64,000 nucleotides of DNA from positions 3,286,001 to 3,350,000 of the forward strand of contig OZ024748.1 of NCBI GenBank assembly GCA_964016885.1. Reading direction: 5' to 3'. Below the pieces are notes generated by a model that ran no database searches, was not told the DNA's origin, and saw only the letters and a list, made by a program, of their open reading frames with translations. Position numbers and translations under genes: made by a program. Source of the stretch: Eledone cirrhosa. Its lineage: Eukaryota. Below, in pieces: positions 24,809 to 39,015 of the stretch (positions are counted from its first letter, which is position 1; each line of letters begins with the position of its first letter).

Positions 24809-27800
24809 AAAGTAAACAGAAATAATAAAGCAAACAACACAGTACAATGATGATATATATTAGTTTAACACTTGATGGGGAGGAGAGAGAGGAGAAGGAG
24901 TGTGGTCTGGGAATAGATGGTTGGTTGTTAACAGTGCTACAAATATGACACTACACCACAGAATGGAGGGGGGGGGGTGAAAGACAAGAGAGATAGGGGG
25001 GACATGAGAGGGAGGGAGAGAGAAAGAGAGATGAGAAGGAGAGACAAGAGAGAGAGAGAGATAGGGGTAGAGACATGAGAGAGGGAGGTGGAGAAGTATA
25101 AGAGGGAGGGAGAGAGAGAAAGAGAGATGAGAGAGACAGAGATGAGAGAAACATGAGAGGGAGGGAGAGAGGAGAGACAAGAGAGACAGAGAGAGACATG
25201 AGAGGAAGAGACAAGAGAGAGAGAGAGAGAGGGAGGTGGAGAAGGGTGGGTGGTTTAGTGGTCAGATTGTGGTGTTAGTGTTGGTGTTGGACAAGAGGAG
25301 AAGAGAGGACATTACAACTGGGCAAGCTGAGAGAACCTTATTGATTTCAATGCAAATAAGACATAGCCATAAAGTCTATAGTTTAATTTGGATGGTTCTA
25401 GAAGAAGAATGACTCATCAAAGTGTTTATTTGTTTTTCTCGAGAATTCAAATTGATTTGGATAGAAATAAATTCCATATAAATCGCTTTCCATATTAACA
25501 TGCTGACTGGGACAAATATATTTGCTAGAACAATGCCAAACTTTATTTCCTCTCACTAACCAATCCCATTAACGCTTTTGTTGCCATATTTCTAATAAAA
25601 AACACTGATTTCGAAAATAATCTTAAACAAATAATCAAAAATTTGGAGGGTTTAACTCTTTATCATTTATATTACTCTATATTTACTATTATATTTTCAC
25701 TGTAAAGGCTTTACTTCATATAATTATCCCACATAATATTGAATGTATGAGATTTTGATAACAATACCTTAACATAAGTATGAGCAGCTGATTAAGGACG
25801 GTTTAAATAGAGAGAGGTGAGAGAATTCTGGCTGGATATGGCCCTTTAACTCTTTAGCATTTACATTACTCTATCATCATCATCATCATCATCATCATCG
25901 TTTAACGTCCATCTTCCACGCTTGCATGGGTTTGGACAGGAGTTTTCCCACTTGAGGTAAGATTGGTTGTCCTGCTCGTATAGGACTGTCTGGCGGGTTT
26001 TCTACGACTGGATGCCCTTCCTAACACCAACCACGTTTACAGTGTGGACTGGGAGGTTTTTACCGTGTTACCTACACGGCCACATTACAGCGTGGACTGT
26101 GTGTTGTTTTGTCGTGACACCTACACAACCTCATTTGTTTTGGACTGGATGTTGTGGTACCAACATAACTTCACATTTAAGGGGTGGGGTGGGGACAGGG
26201 GTGTATTTTTGTTAGAGGTGCCTACTGACTGTAGGTTTCGCTTTGTACTTAGGCAAGGCGGGTCTTCTGTATTACTGTGTAGCGCCAAAGATCTCGATCC
26301 AGTGACATTGTCTTGGAGAGGTGTAAGTGTGTGAGGTCGGAATTTATCAATATATACTATTGTATTTTCAAGGTAAAGGCTTTACCTCACATAATATCAA
26401 ATCTATGAGATTTTGATATTTATTTTGAGAACATTACCTTAACATAAGTATGGGCAGCCAGTTACAGCCAGTTTGACAGAAAGAGGTGAGAGAATTCTGG
26501 CCAGATACAGCTGGTTTAAATACTAAAGGGTTAACTCTTTTGTTGCCATATTTCTAATGAAACACTGATTTTCAAATTAATCATTTAAAAATAATCAAGA
26601 ATTTGGAGAGTTTAATAAAATAACTTTCTCATTATTAAGCTGATGTTTGAAATATAATTTAATCATTTTGCTGCCATATTTCTAATGAAACACATTGATT
26701 TTGAAAGTATTCCTGAAAATAATCAAGAATTTTATCAAAAGAATGAAAAGTAAAGTTGACCTCGACAGGATTTGAACTTGAGATGTAAAGAGCCAAAACT
26801 ATATACTGCAATGGCATTTGTCTGATGCTCTAACAACTCTGCTAATCCTCTGCCCCCACCCCACACCACACACACATTTGAAAATAATAAAGTCTTGATT
26901 GCTACTGAGAAGAAGGACATCTAGACATAGAAAAAGACATATTTCAACAACAACAACAAAAATGCCTCAGAAAGTCATATCCAACCCATGCCAAATTCTG
27001 AAACAATGACTGATGATGATGATGATGATTACCAGTAAGATATATATATATTGGCATCAATCCCAATTTACCACAACCCCCACCACACCAACCCCTCCAT
27101 AGACATAACACATATAAATTAGCGTTTGTGTCTAATCAGAACAAATAAATGTAATTTTTGTTAACACTAAGGTGGAAAAAAGAAAAAGAAAGAAGTGAAA
27201 ATATGTAATAAATTAGAAAGTAGCTTTGATGTTTGTCAAAAGTGATTAATTGTGACAGTGAAATATCAACACCTGAATAGAAACTACAATTATTGATGAT
27301 AAAAGAAAGGTGAAAGTCAGGTGGTGACAAATATAAGTTTTCTCCAAACAGTTGATGGCAATCCTTTCTTTCTTTGTTAAAATAAAGCTCTTAAATAAAC
27401 TAACCAAGCAACAAACCATTTATTCAGCCAGTCAGCCTGTCAACCTTCCATCTAACCAGCCAGCCAGTCAACCAGCCAGTCAACCTTCCAGTCAGCCATC
27501 AATCCATCCAACCAGCCAGCCATCAATCCATCCAACCAGCCAGCCATCCATCTAACCAGTCAACCATCAATCTAACCAGTCAGCCAGCCAGCAAGCCATC
27601 TAACCAGCCAGCCTGTCAACCTTCTATTTAACCAGCCAGCCAGCCTGTCAACTGTCCATCTACCCAGCCAGCCAGCCTGTAAACCTTCCCTCTAATCAGC
27701 CAGCAAGCCAGCATCAATCTAACCAGTCAACCAGCCAGCAAGCCATTCAAACTTCCAGCCAACCAATCAACCAACTATCTAGCTAGTTATTCACCCCTGC

Positions 27801-28168
27801 CATATGGTCCAAGAGAACATTTTGGTGGTCCGCAGAAAAATTTGGACATTATTTGCAATGTTTATGTTTTATTAATAATAAAACAAAAATAATATTCACT
27901 TAAAATATATTTTATAACCCCCTAAAAAATGTTTTAATTGGTGCATTACATATTAATAAAATGGAAGTTTTCTGATTATTATTTTACAAATGTATTTATC
28001 TTTTTAAAAAAATTCCTCTTAGTGGTTCGCGGGATTTAAAATTATAAATTTAGTGGTCTGTGAGGTCGGAAAGGTTGGTGACCGCTGGTCTAAATGGTTG
28101 CAATTTAAAGAAACAGTAAAAAGAGGTAGGAGATATAATGGTGTATAGGTTATGAAGGAGACACTTAC

Positions 28169-28635
28169 TTGTAACAAGCCATGTTTGTGTGTACCAGTAA
28201 TATTATGAGACTGTACAACAGCAGTAGACTTAGTAGATGTGGTGCTTGTCGTTGAGGTTGAAGCCCGACGAGACTGAGAAGAGGAAACCAATGAAGTTGG
28301 AGATATCGATGATGATGATGACGACAGGGGCGAAGAACCAAGTGGAATGTGTAGTCCTAGGGGTCCCCCTGGATCTCGGTGGTGCAGTGAAGTCACTATT
28401 GCAGCCGACTCCCGGTGCGCTGGATGTTGCCGGTGTTTTGAACGTTGCTTAGATCTGGAGTGTGCATTCGCTGAGCTGGTCACTGCCAGATGACTACTAC
28501 GACTGCTTGAACTCAAGCAAGTGCGGACACTACTTGTGGTAGTCGTGGCCACCGTTGTGCTTGACTTGGTCACCGTGTTCTTTCCTGCGGACAGGCCAAA
28601 CACCGGACTGCTACCAAATGTGTGTAGAAGTGGGG
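28169..28635 (-). CDS. BAZ2B: BAZ2B-like exon (Ser/Thr-rich)
   Basis: TTTTGCAG acceptor, GTAAGT donor, 467 nt, phase 1-0, open frame (A)PLLHTFGSSPVFG...HKHGLLQ; GC-richer than flanks. Confidence 0.85.
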
Positions 28636-28959
28636 CTGCAAAATAATAAAGGAACAAATTAAATAAACAAATAAAACAACAACAACATGTGTTTTAAGGC
28701 AATTTTCTCTGCTAAAGCAGGGGTTAGCCTTGCAGGCCCCATAAATATGCTTTTCCACTCTACCCTAGCATGTTGCTCCCCTTCTCACCAACCCCTTGAC
28801 TTTCAATATCTTTAGCCATGTTTCTTGGTTTGAGAGAGAGAGAGAGAGAGAGATAGAAAGAGAGAGAGGGGCATATTGGGATATTTGCATCAGCTTTTTA
28901 TAAAGAAATATGAATTCTAATAAGCAAGACAAAAGTAAGCCTAGATATTTCTAAAAAAG

Positions 28960-29003
<44 letters not shown>

Positions 29004-30171
29004 AACAATAAACAAAAACGGAAAAAAAAACCCTTGGCATCATTTATTTAAATATAAGTTTAATTCTTAGAATATCTTTCGTCCATTTTCTGCCAAAAGC
29101 TGCAGGAATAAATTGTAAATTTTTGCACATGAAATTATCAAATTGACGAGTATGGTAAATTGCTTTTTATTATTATTTAAAATTAAATTCTTACTTTTTT
29201 TTTTATTTATTAAAATTTTCTTTTTTTATTTGTTTGTTTGCTTGTGAATGTTTTGTGGGTATTTTTTTTTTTTTAAATACACTAATTAATTAAACTATCC
29301 TGCATACATTCTCAACCATATATCGACTGATAATTCAGGCATGGATTAAAGAATTCCTAAAATGGTCCATCTATATATAGTATGTATAGTATAGCATATA
29401 TATATATATATATATGTCTGTGTGTGTGTATATATCTATATGTATATATACACTGGATTTCTATTTTATTGCATTGCATATAAAGTGTCATTAAAAAGTT
29501 GGTTGGTCTTACTTGGTGAGTCATGAAGAAGAAGAAGAAGAAGAAGAAGAAGAAGAAGAAGAAGAAGAAGAAGAAGAAGAAGAAGAAGAAAGAAGAAAGA
29601 AGAAAAAAGAAAAAAAAAGAAAAAAGAAGAAAAAAAAGAAAAAAGAAGGAAAAGAAAAGAAAAAAGAAGAAGGAGAAGGAGAAGAAGAAGAAGAAGAAGA
29701 AGAAGAAGAAGAAGAAGAAGAAGAAGAAGAAGAAAAAGAAGAAGAAGAAGAAGAAGTTGAGTCATTCACTGAAGAATTTATTGATATTCCAATGATGCCA
29801 ACAGACAAAAGTGACCATACTTTACTTTCGCAGCCAAAATAATGGTGGTGGTGGTGGTGGTGTGTGGGGTAAACAAACAAACAAACAAACAACCAAACAA
29901 ACAAAAGCTATTTATTACTGAAGTGGGGCTGAAAGAGTTTGAAGAATATTGGAAGAGTTTGAATCACATTGCAAAGATTTCTAAAGTGTTCAATAAAACG
30001 AGGACCATTTTATTGACATTTTAACGGCTTCACTGTGTCTATGTATATGTATGTATGTATATATATATGTGTGAGTGTATACACATATGAATATATATAT
30101 ATATATGTACATATATATATATATGTGTGAGTGTATACACATATGAATATATATATATATGTACATATATA

Positions 30172-30221
<50 letters not shown>

Positions 30222-30224
<3 letters not shown>

Positions 30225-30834
30225 TTTGTTTAGCAAGATTCTTTATCTGAAAACGTGTGTTGAAACCAATATTGTTATACTTTGGGAGGGTCATGTTGCC
30301 AATAAGAAACACACGCACCAGTTGCTTTCACTTCAATTTATTATAAATTAAATTTATAAATTTAAAAATTTATAAATTTCCGGTTGGTTGGTTGGTTCCA
30401 CAACCAGACGATTGTTCATATATTGTCAAAGTTCTTTCGTCACACATTCTGTGACCTCTTCAGTGACTGGGGATTCTTTTCTTTGTTTTTGTCCCTCTCC
30501 TTTGTTCTGTCCTACGCCATCTTGTTTTTGTGTGTGTTGTGTGCTTAGTTTGCGCATGTGTTACATCCGGGTGTCTGTGTGTGTTTATATTTGTTTATTT
30601 ATTTGTTTACTTACATGTTACTGGTTGGTTGTTTGTTCTGTGTGTGTGTGTGTGTTTTCATTTTGTCCTTAATTGTAAGTTGTGATGTTGCTGTTCCATT
30701 CATGTTTTCTATTTAATTTTGGTTGGAGTTCATTTATGTTTATTGCCTCTGTGATTTGTCTAAACATTGCGTCTTTTTTTTATTTTTTTTTTAAGACGCA
30801 ATGTTTAGACAAATCACAGAGGCAATAAACATAA
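30222..30834 (-). mobile_element. 5'-truncated Penelope-like element (GIY-YIG tail + hammerhead pLTR + 5' inversion)
   Basis: 30669-30776 (-) encodes KDAMFRQITEAINI...PKLNRKHEWN...stop, the R-x-I-x-E-A-x-x-I...LN pattern of PLE GIY-YIG C-termini. 42-bp inverted copy at 30793-30834; element ends in (TA)n; related sequence at 49850-50150 and 63660-64000. Confidence 0.75.
30425..30467 (-). ncRNA. Minimal type I hammerhead ribozyme motif in Penelope-like pLTR
   Basis: GUCA-CUGAAGA-g[GUCAC AGAAUGU GUGAC]-GAAA-GAAC-U-U-UGAC; about 200 nt downstream of a GIY-YIG stop codon on the same strand. Confidence 0.8.
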
Positions 30835-32085
30835 TTAGGAAAGATAATAATTAGGGAGACGTAAGATTTTCTTTTATTGCTTCCTCTATATTTCCTTCTT
30901 CCCCCCATCCCTCCTTAGTCCTTCTACCCCAGTTCTTTTTCTTTGTCGGCGTCTTTTTCTCGCCCACCCGAGGCAGCCCCTCGGCCCCTTGTAGCCTCAG
31001 TACCCCCACCCGCTCCCCTATTCTATGATAGATTTGGCAGACTCCGCTTTTTATAGCAGTTGTGTTAGACCTCGGATTCTTGCCCCCTTATCCGACCGCT
31101 GCCCCTTTTTTTCCGTGCCTTCTATATTTCTTAGTGGCATCCTTGCTTTAATTTCTCGTTTATTCAGTATTTCTTTCTTCTCTTTTCTTTTGGGCGGGGG
31201 GGATTCTGAATTATTTTTCCGTATTTTACTTTTACCTCGTACGAACTTTCATGTAGCTTGTATAAGAACTTTTGTAGCGTGGCGGTACCCTTAGAGTTAG
31301 CATTAGTATATTTTTTTCGGGACTCTGAATTATTATTTCGTACTAGTTTACTTTTCTGCACTGGGTGGTTGCTGGCCTTGTGCCTGGAGTAGAAACCTTT
31401 ATTAATTATTTTGTGGTAGTTTCTTTAGTATTTTGCCCCCCCCCCCTGTTGACCCGTCACCGTATGATATACGTACTTATACCTCTTAAAAGGGTCCATT
31501 CTTACTCCGTCCCACCTAGTTTATTTATTTATTATTTTTTATTTATTTATTTATTTATTTATTTAGCCTAGCAAGAGACCTAGGTCGTAGAAATTGCTTA
31601 TTTTTTCTTTACATTTATTCGCTTTTTATCACTCTCAGTATTTTTTTTTATATATTTTTACCCTTCATTGTTCTACTTACCGTTTCGACTTCCTCCTCCT
31701 CCCCCTCCCTAGTATCTTCTTTGACCTCACGCCCAGCTGTAGCCGGCACTACCAATGCATGAATGGGTCTACCCCACCCCCTCCCCCTTTTCTCCTACTG
31801 GCAGGTTTAGCTACCCCTTCCCCCACTAATTTTCCATCACAGAATTACTACTAACTTGTGACCAATCCTTGTGACAATCACTTTGACCATATATGGAATT
31901 ACCCCTTGAGAAGCTTGGCTATTTAAATACCAGGATAAATTTTCATTTAGTCCAGAATTAGCCGTCGAAACGGCTTGAGCTCAGCCGTCGGGGTCTTACT
32001 GGTTCCTATTACCCACTCTACTACCCTAAGTATTGAGTACTTTGGTGCGTTATGGTCCACCTGGTTCCTTACCACATTTCCTTCG

Positions 32086-32137
<52 letters not shown>

Positions 32138-32369
32138 GTATATATGTATGTATGTATGTATGTATTTTAGATATTTGGCTGGGCTAAAGAGCCACATTCG
32201 ATCGCAGCGCTGTTAGTTGCTATCGTGTCTGTGTGTGTATGTAGATATGCTTATGTGTGTGTGTGTGTGTGTGTGTATATGTATATGTATATTATTATTG
32301 TTGTTGTCATTATTATTGTTGTTATGATTATTATTATTATTATTAATGTATGTGTGTGTGTGTATATGT

Positions 32370-32455
<86 letters not shown>

Positions 32456-32574
32456 TTTTATTTTATTTTTATTTATTTATTATTATTATTATTTTTTTTT
32501 TTTCTTTCTCCTCGTGCAATGGCCATACTCGATAACGAGGGGGCAGCCATCATGTATGTATGTATGTATGTATG

Positions 32575-33142
32575 TTCTTCTGGTTTTATAATTTCACAAA
32601 GTTTTACCAATAGAGAGAGAGTCGGTTTCTAACAGACACAAGACTCTCTCATTGGAATTTACACAACATCAACTAGGTGGATTGTATGCATGCATGCATG
32701 CATGTGTAGATATGGATGTTATTGTATGTGTCGATGTGTATATTTTGAGTTGTATGTGTGCATGTGTATATGCTTTGTATCTGTACATGTGTATATGCAG
32801 TTATTAGATGCAAAATTTTTGGAATGTTTTACATATTTTTACTGTTCCATTAATGGATTGTACTTGTAGTTTCCTAACTAGTTGTGTTCTTTCTGTTCCT
32901 GTGAAGCCTAGCTTCTCAAGATTTGTATTGAGGCAGTTACTAACATATCCCAGTGCCCCAATAATCACAGGTATAAATCTGAAGGTGTAATCAGGGTGGA
33001 GTATCTGCAGATTTCTCATCAGTTCTGCATAGATATTCTCTTTTTCACTAATCTTTGATATTGTATTGGCATCTGCTGGGCAGCTAATTTCCACTACTGT
33101 GCATGCTTTCTTCTCCCTGTCCCATATCATAATATCTGGTCT
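32575..33142 (-). mobile_element. R4/Dong-like LINE fragment with restriction-like endonuclease
   Basis: RPDIMIWD...VVEISCP...EKENIY...IPVIIGALG REL motif, stop at 32804, 3' UTR; (TATG)n on both sides. Confidence 0.82.
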
Positions 33143-33222
33143 ATGTATGTATGTATGTATGTATGTATGTATGTATGTATGTTATGTATGTATGTTTGTA
33201 TGTTTGTATGTTTGTATGTTAG

Positions 33223-33259
<37 letters not shown>

Positions 33260-33499
33260 ATATAAAGTTAGTAGCCAACCTACAGCTATGTCAATTCATA
33301 ACTGCCTTCAATCTAACCAGAGAAGACAACATGGCCGAATGGTTAAGGAGTTCACTTTAAAATAATTAGGTCCAGGGTTCAATTCCACTGTATGACATCT
33401 TGGGGTCATCTTGGGACAAATGTCATTTACCATAGCCCAGGACAAAACGACATTTGTGAGGAAAATTGGGTAGACAGAAACTGTGTGGAAGTCTGTCAC

Positions 33500-33890
33500 A
33501 TAGATTGTGCCTGTAATTCAAATAGCCAGCCTTGTCACACATTGTGTCATGCTGAATCTCCCTGAGAATTACATCAAGGGTACACATGTGTCTGTGGAAT
33601 ACTCAGCCACTTGCACAGCAATACAAGATTGACTGTATCTGTAATTGAAAAGTCCAGCCATGCCACACAGCACACAGCACCATGCTGAATCTCCCTGAGA
33701 ATTACATTAAAGGTACACATGTGTCTGTGGAATACTCGGCCACTTGCACAACAATACAAGATTGACTGTATCTGTAATTGAAAAGTCCAGCCATGCCACA
33801 CACCACACAGTACCATGCTGAATCTCCCTGAGAATTAAGTTAAAGGTACACATGTGTCTGTGGAATACTCAGCCACTTACACAATAATTT
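33500..33890. repeat. 133-bp tandem repeat, about 3 copies
   Basis: catgctgaatctccctgagaatt at 33548, 33681 and 33814. Confidence 0.85.
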
Positions 33891-35084
33891 CATGAGCAAG
33901 CTGTTCCATTAATGGAACAACTGAAACACTCACAACATTGTCCAGAAAGAACAAAGTTCCGATTCCATTCTATTCCAAGAAGAGAAAGAGACTAAATAGT
34001 GTTTAGTAGTGAAAGAAGACCTACAGCTATGGCGGCAGTTTAGAACTAATATTCATAGATCCAGTACAATTAGCTACTTGAAATATTTCACAGTAAAGTC
34101 AAATTATTTAACAATAAAAAAAATCAATCAATAAGCTTGAACTCCAATCTCCATCAAAATCACAAAAGAATTAAACGACAGCTGAACAGATTATAGATTT
34201 TTCGTTAAATCCATACATTATTCTTCTTCACAACTGTGACATCATCATTATCATTATCATCATCATCATCAAGAAGGTGGTGGAATGGCAATATCGGTAG
34301 AGGGTCGGATGCCATTCTTTGATGCATAGAGTTACGGCCCTTGCCATTCTGAGTTCAAATCCCGCCAAGGTTAACTTTGCCTTTCATCCTTAAGGGGTCG
34401 ATAAAATAAAGTACCAGTAATGCACTGGGATAATTGCTGACCTTGTGCCAAAAGTAGAAACAATCATCATCATCATCATCACTGTTTAACGCCCATTTTT
34501 CCACGCTTGGCATGGGTTAGATGAGTTATCCTGTTGTGAGCAATGCTAGGTCACGGAGCCTTGTCTTGCTCATACAGAACCGATTTCGGCTTGCTTTCTA
34601 CAGCTCGATGCCCTTCCTAGCACCAACCCCATTTATAATTAGTAATGGGTTCTTTTTGCCGTGTCACCTACACGACCACATTACAGTGAGTACTGGGTGG
34701 TGTTTGTCATGACCTACACAATCACTTTACAGTGTGGACTGGGTGCTTTTTGCCATGATACCTACACAACCACTTTACAGCCTGTACAGTCAGCATAAGG
34801 CATGGGGGCTGTGTGGTTAAGGAGTTAGCATCACAACCAGGTGCTTCTGAGTTAATTCTCACTGTGGGGAAACATTGCCCAAGAGGTTCTACTATAGCCA
34901 CAGGTTAACCAATGCTTTGTATGTGGAATTTGGTATATTCAACCGTAGAAACCAGGCCAAATAAGGAATGGAACGAGCAAGATGGATTGCTCTCATCCAT
35001 CTGGTCTTAGATTGTGTCAACCCATCTAACTCTTGATATCCAGGAAAGAGGGCATAAAATGATGATGGTGGGTGTGTACATCTC

Positions 35085-35132
<48 letters not shown>

Positions 35133-35526
35133 GGTGAAATATATATATATAGAGAGAGAGAGAGAAAGAGAGAGAGCAAGAGAGAGGGGGTGAAAGAGGA
35201 GAGATTAGAAAAGAATAGAAATTAAGAATATAATTTCCTGGTGTCATTTAAAAGAAAGGAAACGCAAAAGGGGAGAGAGAGCGAGAGAGAGAGAGAGAAA
35301 GAGAGAGGGTGGGGGTGAGAGAGAAAGAGAGAGAGATATTAGGGAATATAAGTAATTGTTAAAGAAATATTTCCCTACTGCCTATTGTAGTGCTAAGATG
35401 GAATTATTTACAGAGATAACATTTTGTAACAAAGTCATAGAATATGTAGTGTATAGTGTCAATAATCACACACACACACACACACATATATATATTTGTG
35501 TATGCGTATAGTGTAAATAATTATAT

Positions 35527-35560
<34 letters not shown>

Positions 35561-35729
35561 TTGTGTATGTGTATAGTGTAAATAATTATACTCAAAGCAT
35601 ATCAAAAAGAATTTTGAAATCGTACGATTATTTTTATACACACTCACGCACGTATAATATATATACATACACTCACACACACATCTATATATATATATAT
35701 AGAGAGAGAGAGAGTGAGTGAGAGAGAGT

Positions 35730-35769
<40 letters not shown>

Positions 35770-37131
35770 TCCAAAGCAAAGAAGATTAAAAAGACATGTC
35801 TAGTGGTATTGTAACTCCAATAGTGGGAGGCCGTTCCATTCCTGAGATAACGGTGAAGGAAATGCATTTTAATGGATAATGGAGTCTTCCTTGTTTTGTC
35901 AAAGTTGACTTTGAAATCTCCATTTCTATGAGATAAAACTATGTCAGAAGAGGAGGGGTAGGCGAGGGGGGGGGGGTCTAAAGAAAAAAAGACTAGTAGC
36001 AAATATTGTGATATTAATGATGATGATGGTGATCGTGGTGATCGTGGTGATGGTGGTGATGGTGGTGATGATGGTGATGGTGATGGTGGTGATGATGGTG
36101 GTGGTGGTAGTGGTGGTGCTGGTGGTGGTGATGGTGATGGTGGTAGTGGTGGTGATGGTGGTAGTGGTGATGATGGTGGTGGTGCTGGTGGTGATGATGG
36201 TGGTGGTAGTGGTAGTGCTGGTGCTGCTGGTGGTGGTGGTGATGGTGGTAGTGGTGGTGATGGAGGTGGTGGTAGTGGTGGTGATGGTGATGATGGTCAT
36301 GGTGGTGGTGGTGGTGGTGGTGATAATGGTGGTAGTGGTGATGATGGTGGTGGTGGTGGTAGTGATGGTCATTGTGGTGGTGGTGATAGTTGTTTCGGTA
36401 GTGGTGGAGGTAATGATGATGGTGGCAGTCATGGTGGTAGTGATAATGGTGATGATGATGGTGATCGTGATGGTAGTGGTAGGTGATGACGATGGTGATG
36501 ATGATGATGGTGATGATGGTGATGATGATGATGGTGATGATGGTGAGGATGATGATGGTGATGGTAGTGGTAGGTGATGATGATGATGGTGATGATGGTG
36601 ATGGTGGTGATGGTAGTGGTGGTGATGGTAGTAGTGGTGATGGTGATGATGGTGATGATGGTGATGATGGTGATGGTGATGATGGTGATGGTGATGATGG
36701 TGATGATGGTGGTGATGATGGTGATGATGATATAAGTAAACAGAACCCAAGTGGAAGTCAGAGACAAGTTCATGGCTTATTGACTCAGAGAAATGGCATT
36801 TAATCTAGTATTAACAACAACAACTGCCACAACAACAACTGCTACAACAACAACAACTGCTACAACAACTACAACTGCTACAACAACAACAACAACTGCT
36901 ACAACAACAACAACAACTGCTACAACAACAACAACAACTGCTACAACAACAACTGCTACAACAACAACAACTGCCACAACAACAACTGCTACAACAACAA
37001 CAACTGCTACAACAACAACTGCTACAACAACAACAACTGCTACAACAACAACAGCACCAGACAAGTTTATTCTTGGAAATATAGATTTATTGAAGATGGG
37101 ATGGAGGAGGGGGGGGGATAAAATAAAAGGA

Positions 37132-39015
37132 TGCTGCCATACCTATGTGTGTGTAGTGTTGCTGCCATACTTATGTGTGTGTAGTGTAGCTGCCATACCT
37201 ATGTGTGTGTAGTGTTGCTGCCATACCTATGTGTGTGTAGTGTTGCTGCCATACTTATGTGTGTGTAGTGTAGCTGCCATACTTATGTGTGTGTAGTGTA
37301 GCTGCCATACCTATGTGTGTGTAGTGTAGCTGCCATACCTATGTGTGTGTAGTGTTGCTGCCATACTTATGTGTGTGTAGTGTAGCTGCCATACCTATGT
37401 GTGTGTAGTGTTGCTGCCATACTTATGTGTGTGTAGTGTAGCTGCCATACCTATGTGTGTGTAGTGTAGCTGCCATACCTATGTGTGTGTAGTGTTGCTG
37501 CCATACTTATGTGTGTGTAGTGTAGCTGCCATACCTATGTGTGTGTAGTGTAGCTGCCATACCTATGTGTGTGTAGTGTTGCTGCCATACTTATGTGTGT
37601 GTAGTGTAGCTGCCATACCTATGTGTGTGTAGTGTTGCTGCCATACTTATGTGTGTGTAGTGTGGCTGCCATACCTATGTGTGTGTAGTGTAGCTGCCAT
37701 ACCTATGTGTGTGTAGTGTAGCTGCCATACCTATGTGTGTGTAGTGTTGCTGCCATACTTATGTGTGTGTAGTGTGGCTGCCATACCTATGTGTGTGTAG
37801 TGTAGCTGCCATACCTATGTGTGTGTAGTGTTGCTGCCATACTTATGTGTGTGTAGTGTAGCTGCCATACCTATGTGTGTGTAGTGTTGCTGCCATACTT
37901 ATGTGTGTGTAGTGTGGCTGCCATACCTATGTGTGTGTAGTGTAGCTGCCATACCTATGTGTGTGTAGTGTTGCTGCCATACTTATGTGTGTGTAGTGTG
38001 GCTGCCATACCTATGTGTGTGTAGTGTAGCTGCCATACCTATGTGTGTGTAGTGTTGCTGCCATACTTATGTGTGTGTAGTGTGGCTGCCATACCTATGT
38101 GTGTGTAGTGTTGCTGCCATACCTATGTGTGTGTAGTGTAGCTGCCATACCTATGTGTGTGTAGTGTTGCTGCCATACTTATGTGTGTGTAGTGTTGCTG
38201 CCATACCTATGTGTGTGTAGTGTTGCTGCCATACCTATGTGTGTGTAGTGTTGCTGCCATACCTATGTGTGTGTAGTGTTGCTGCCATACTTATGTGTGT
38301 GTAGTGTTGCTGCCATACCTATGTGTGTGTAGTGTTGCTGCCATACCTATGTGTGTGTAGTGTTGCTGCCATACCTATGTGTGTGTAGTGTTGCTGCCAT
38401 ACCTATGTGTGTGTAGTGTTGCTGCCATACTTATGTGTGTGTAGTGTGGCTGCCATACTTATGTGTGTGTAGTGTTGCTGCCATACCTATGTGTGTGTAG
38501 TGTTGCTGCCATACCTATGTGTGTGTAGTGTTGCTGCCATACCTATGTGTGTGTAGTGTTGCTGCCATACCTATGTGTGTGTAGTGTTGCTGCCATACCT
38601 ATGTGTGTGTGGTGTTGCTGCCATACTTATGTCTGTGTAGTGTTGCTGCCATACTTATGTGTGTGTAGTGTTGCTGCCATACTTATGTGTGTGTAGTGTG
38701 GCTGCCATACCTATGTGTGTGTAGTGTAGCTGCCATACTTATGTGTGTGTAGTGTGGCTGCCATACCTATGTGTGTGTAGTGTTGCTGCCATACCTATGT
38801 GTGTGTAGTGTTGCTGCCATACTTATGTGTGTGTAGTGTTGCTGCCATACCTATGTGTGTGTAGTGTTGCTGCCATACTTATGTGTGTGTAGTGTTGCTG
38901 CCATACCTATGTGTGTGTAGTGTTGCTGCCATACCTATGTGTGTGTAGTGTTGCTGCCATACCTATGTGTGTGTGGTGTGGCTGCCATACTTATGTGTGT
39001 GTAGTGTTGCTGCCA
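37132..39015. repeat. 28-bp minisatellite, about 67 copies
   Basis: Unit gctgccatac(c/t)tatgtgtgtgtagtgt(t/a/g). Confidence 0.97.

Noticed and set aside
29513-29842. Glu/Lys-rich plus-strand ORF
   Set aside because: (GAA)n microsatellite on the strand opposite the gene; no splice support.
37132-39015. CRISPR-like regular 28-bp repeat
   Set aside because: Head-to-tail units with no unique spacers, no cas genes, eukaryotic intron.
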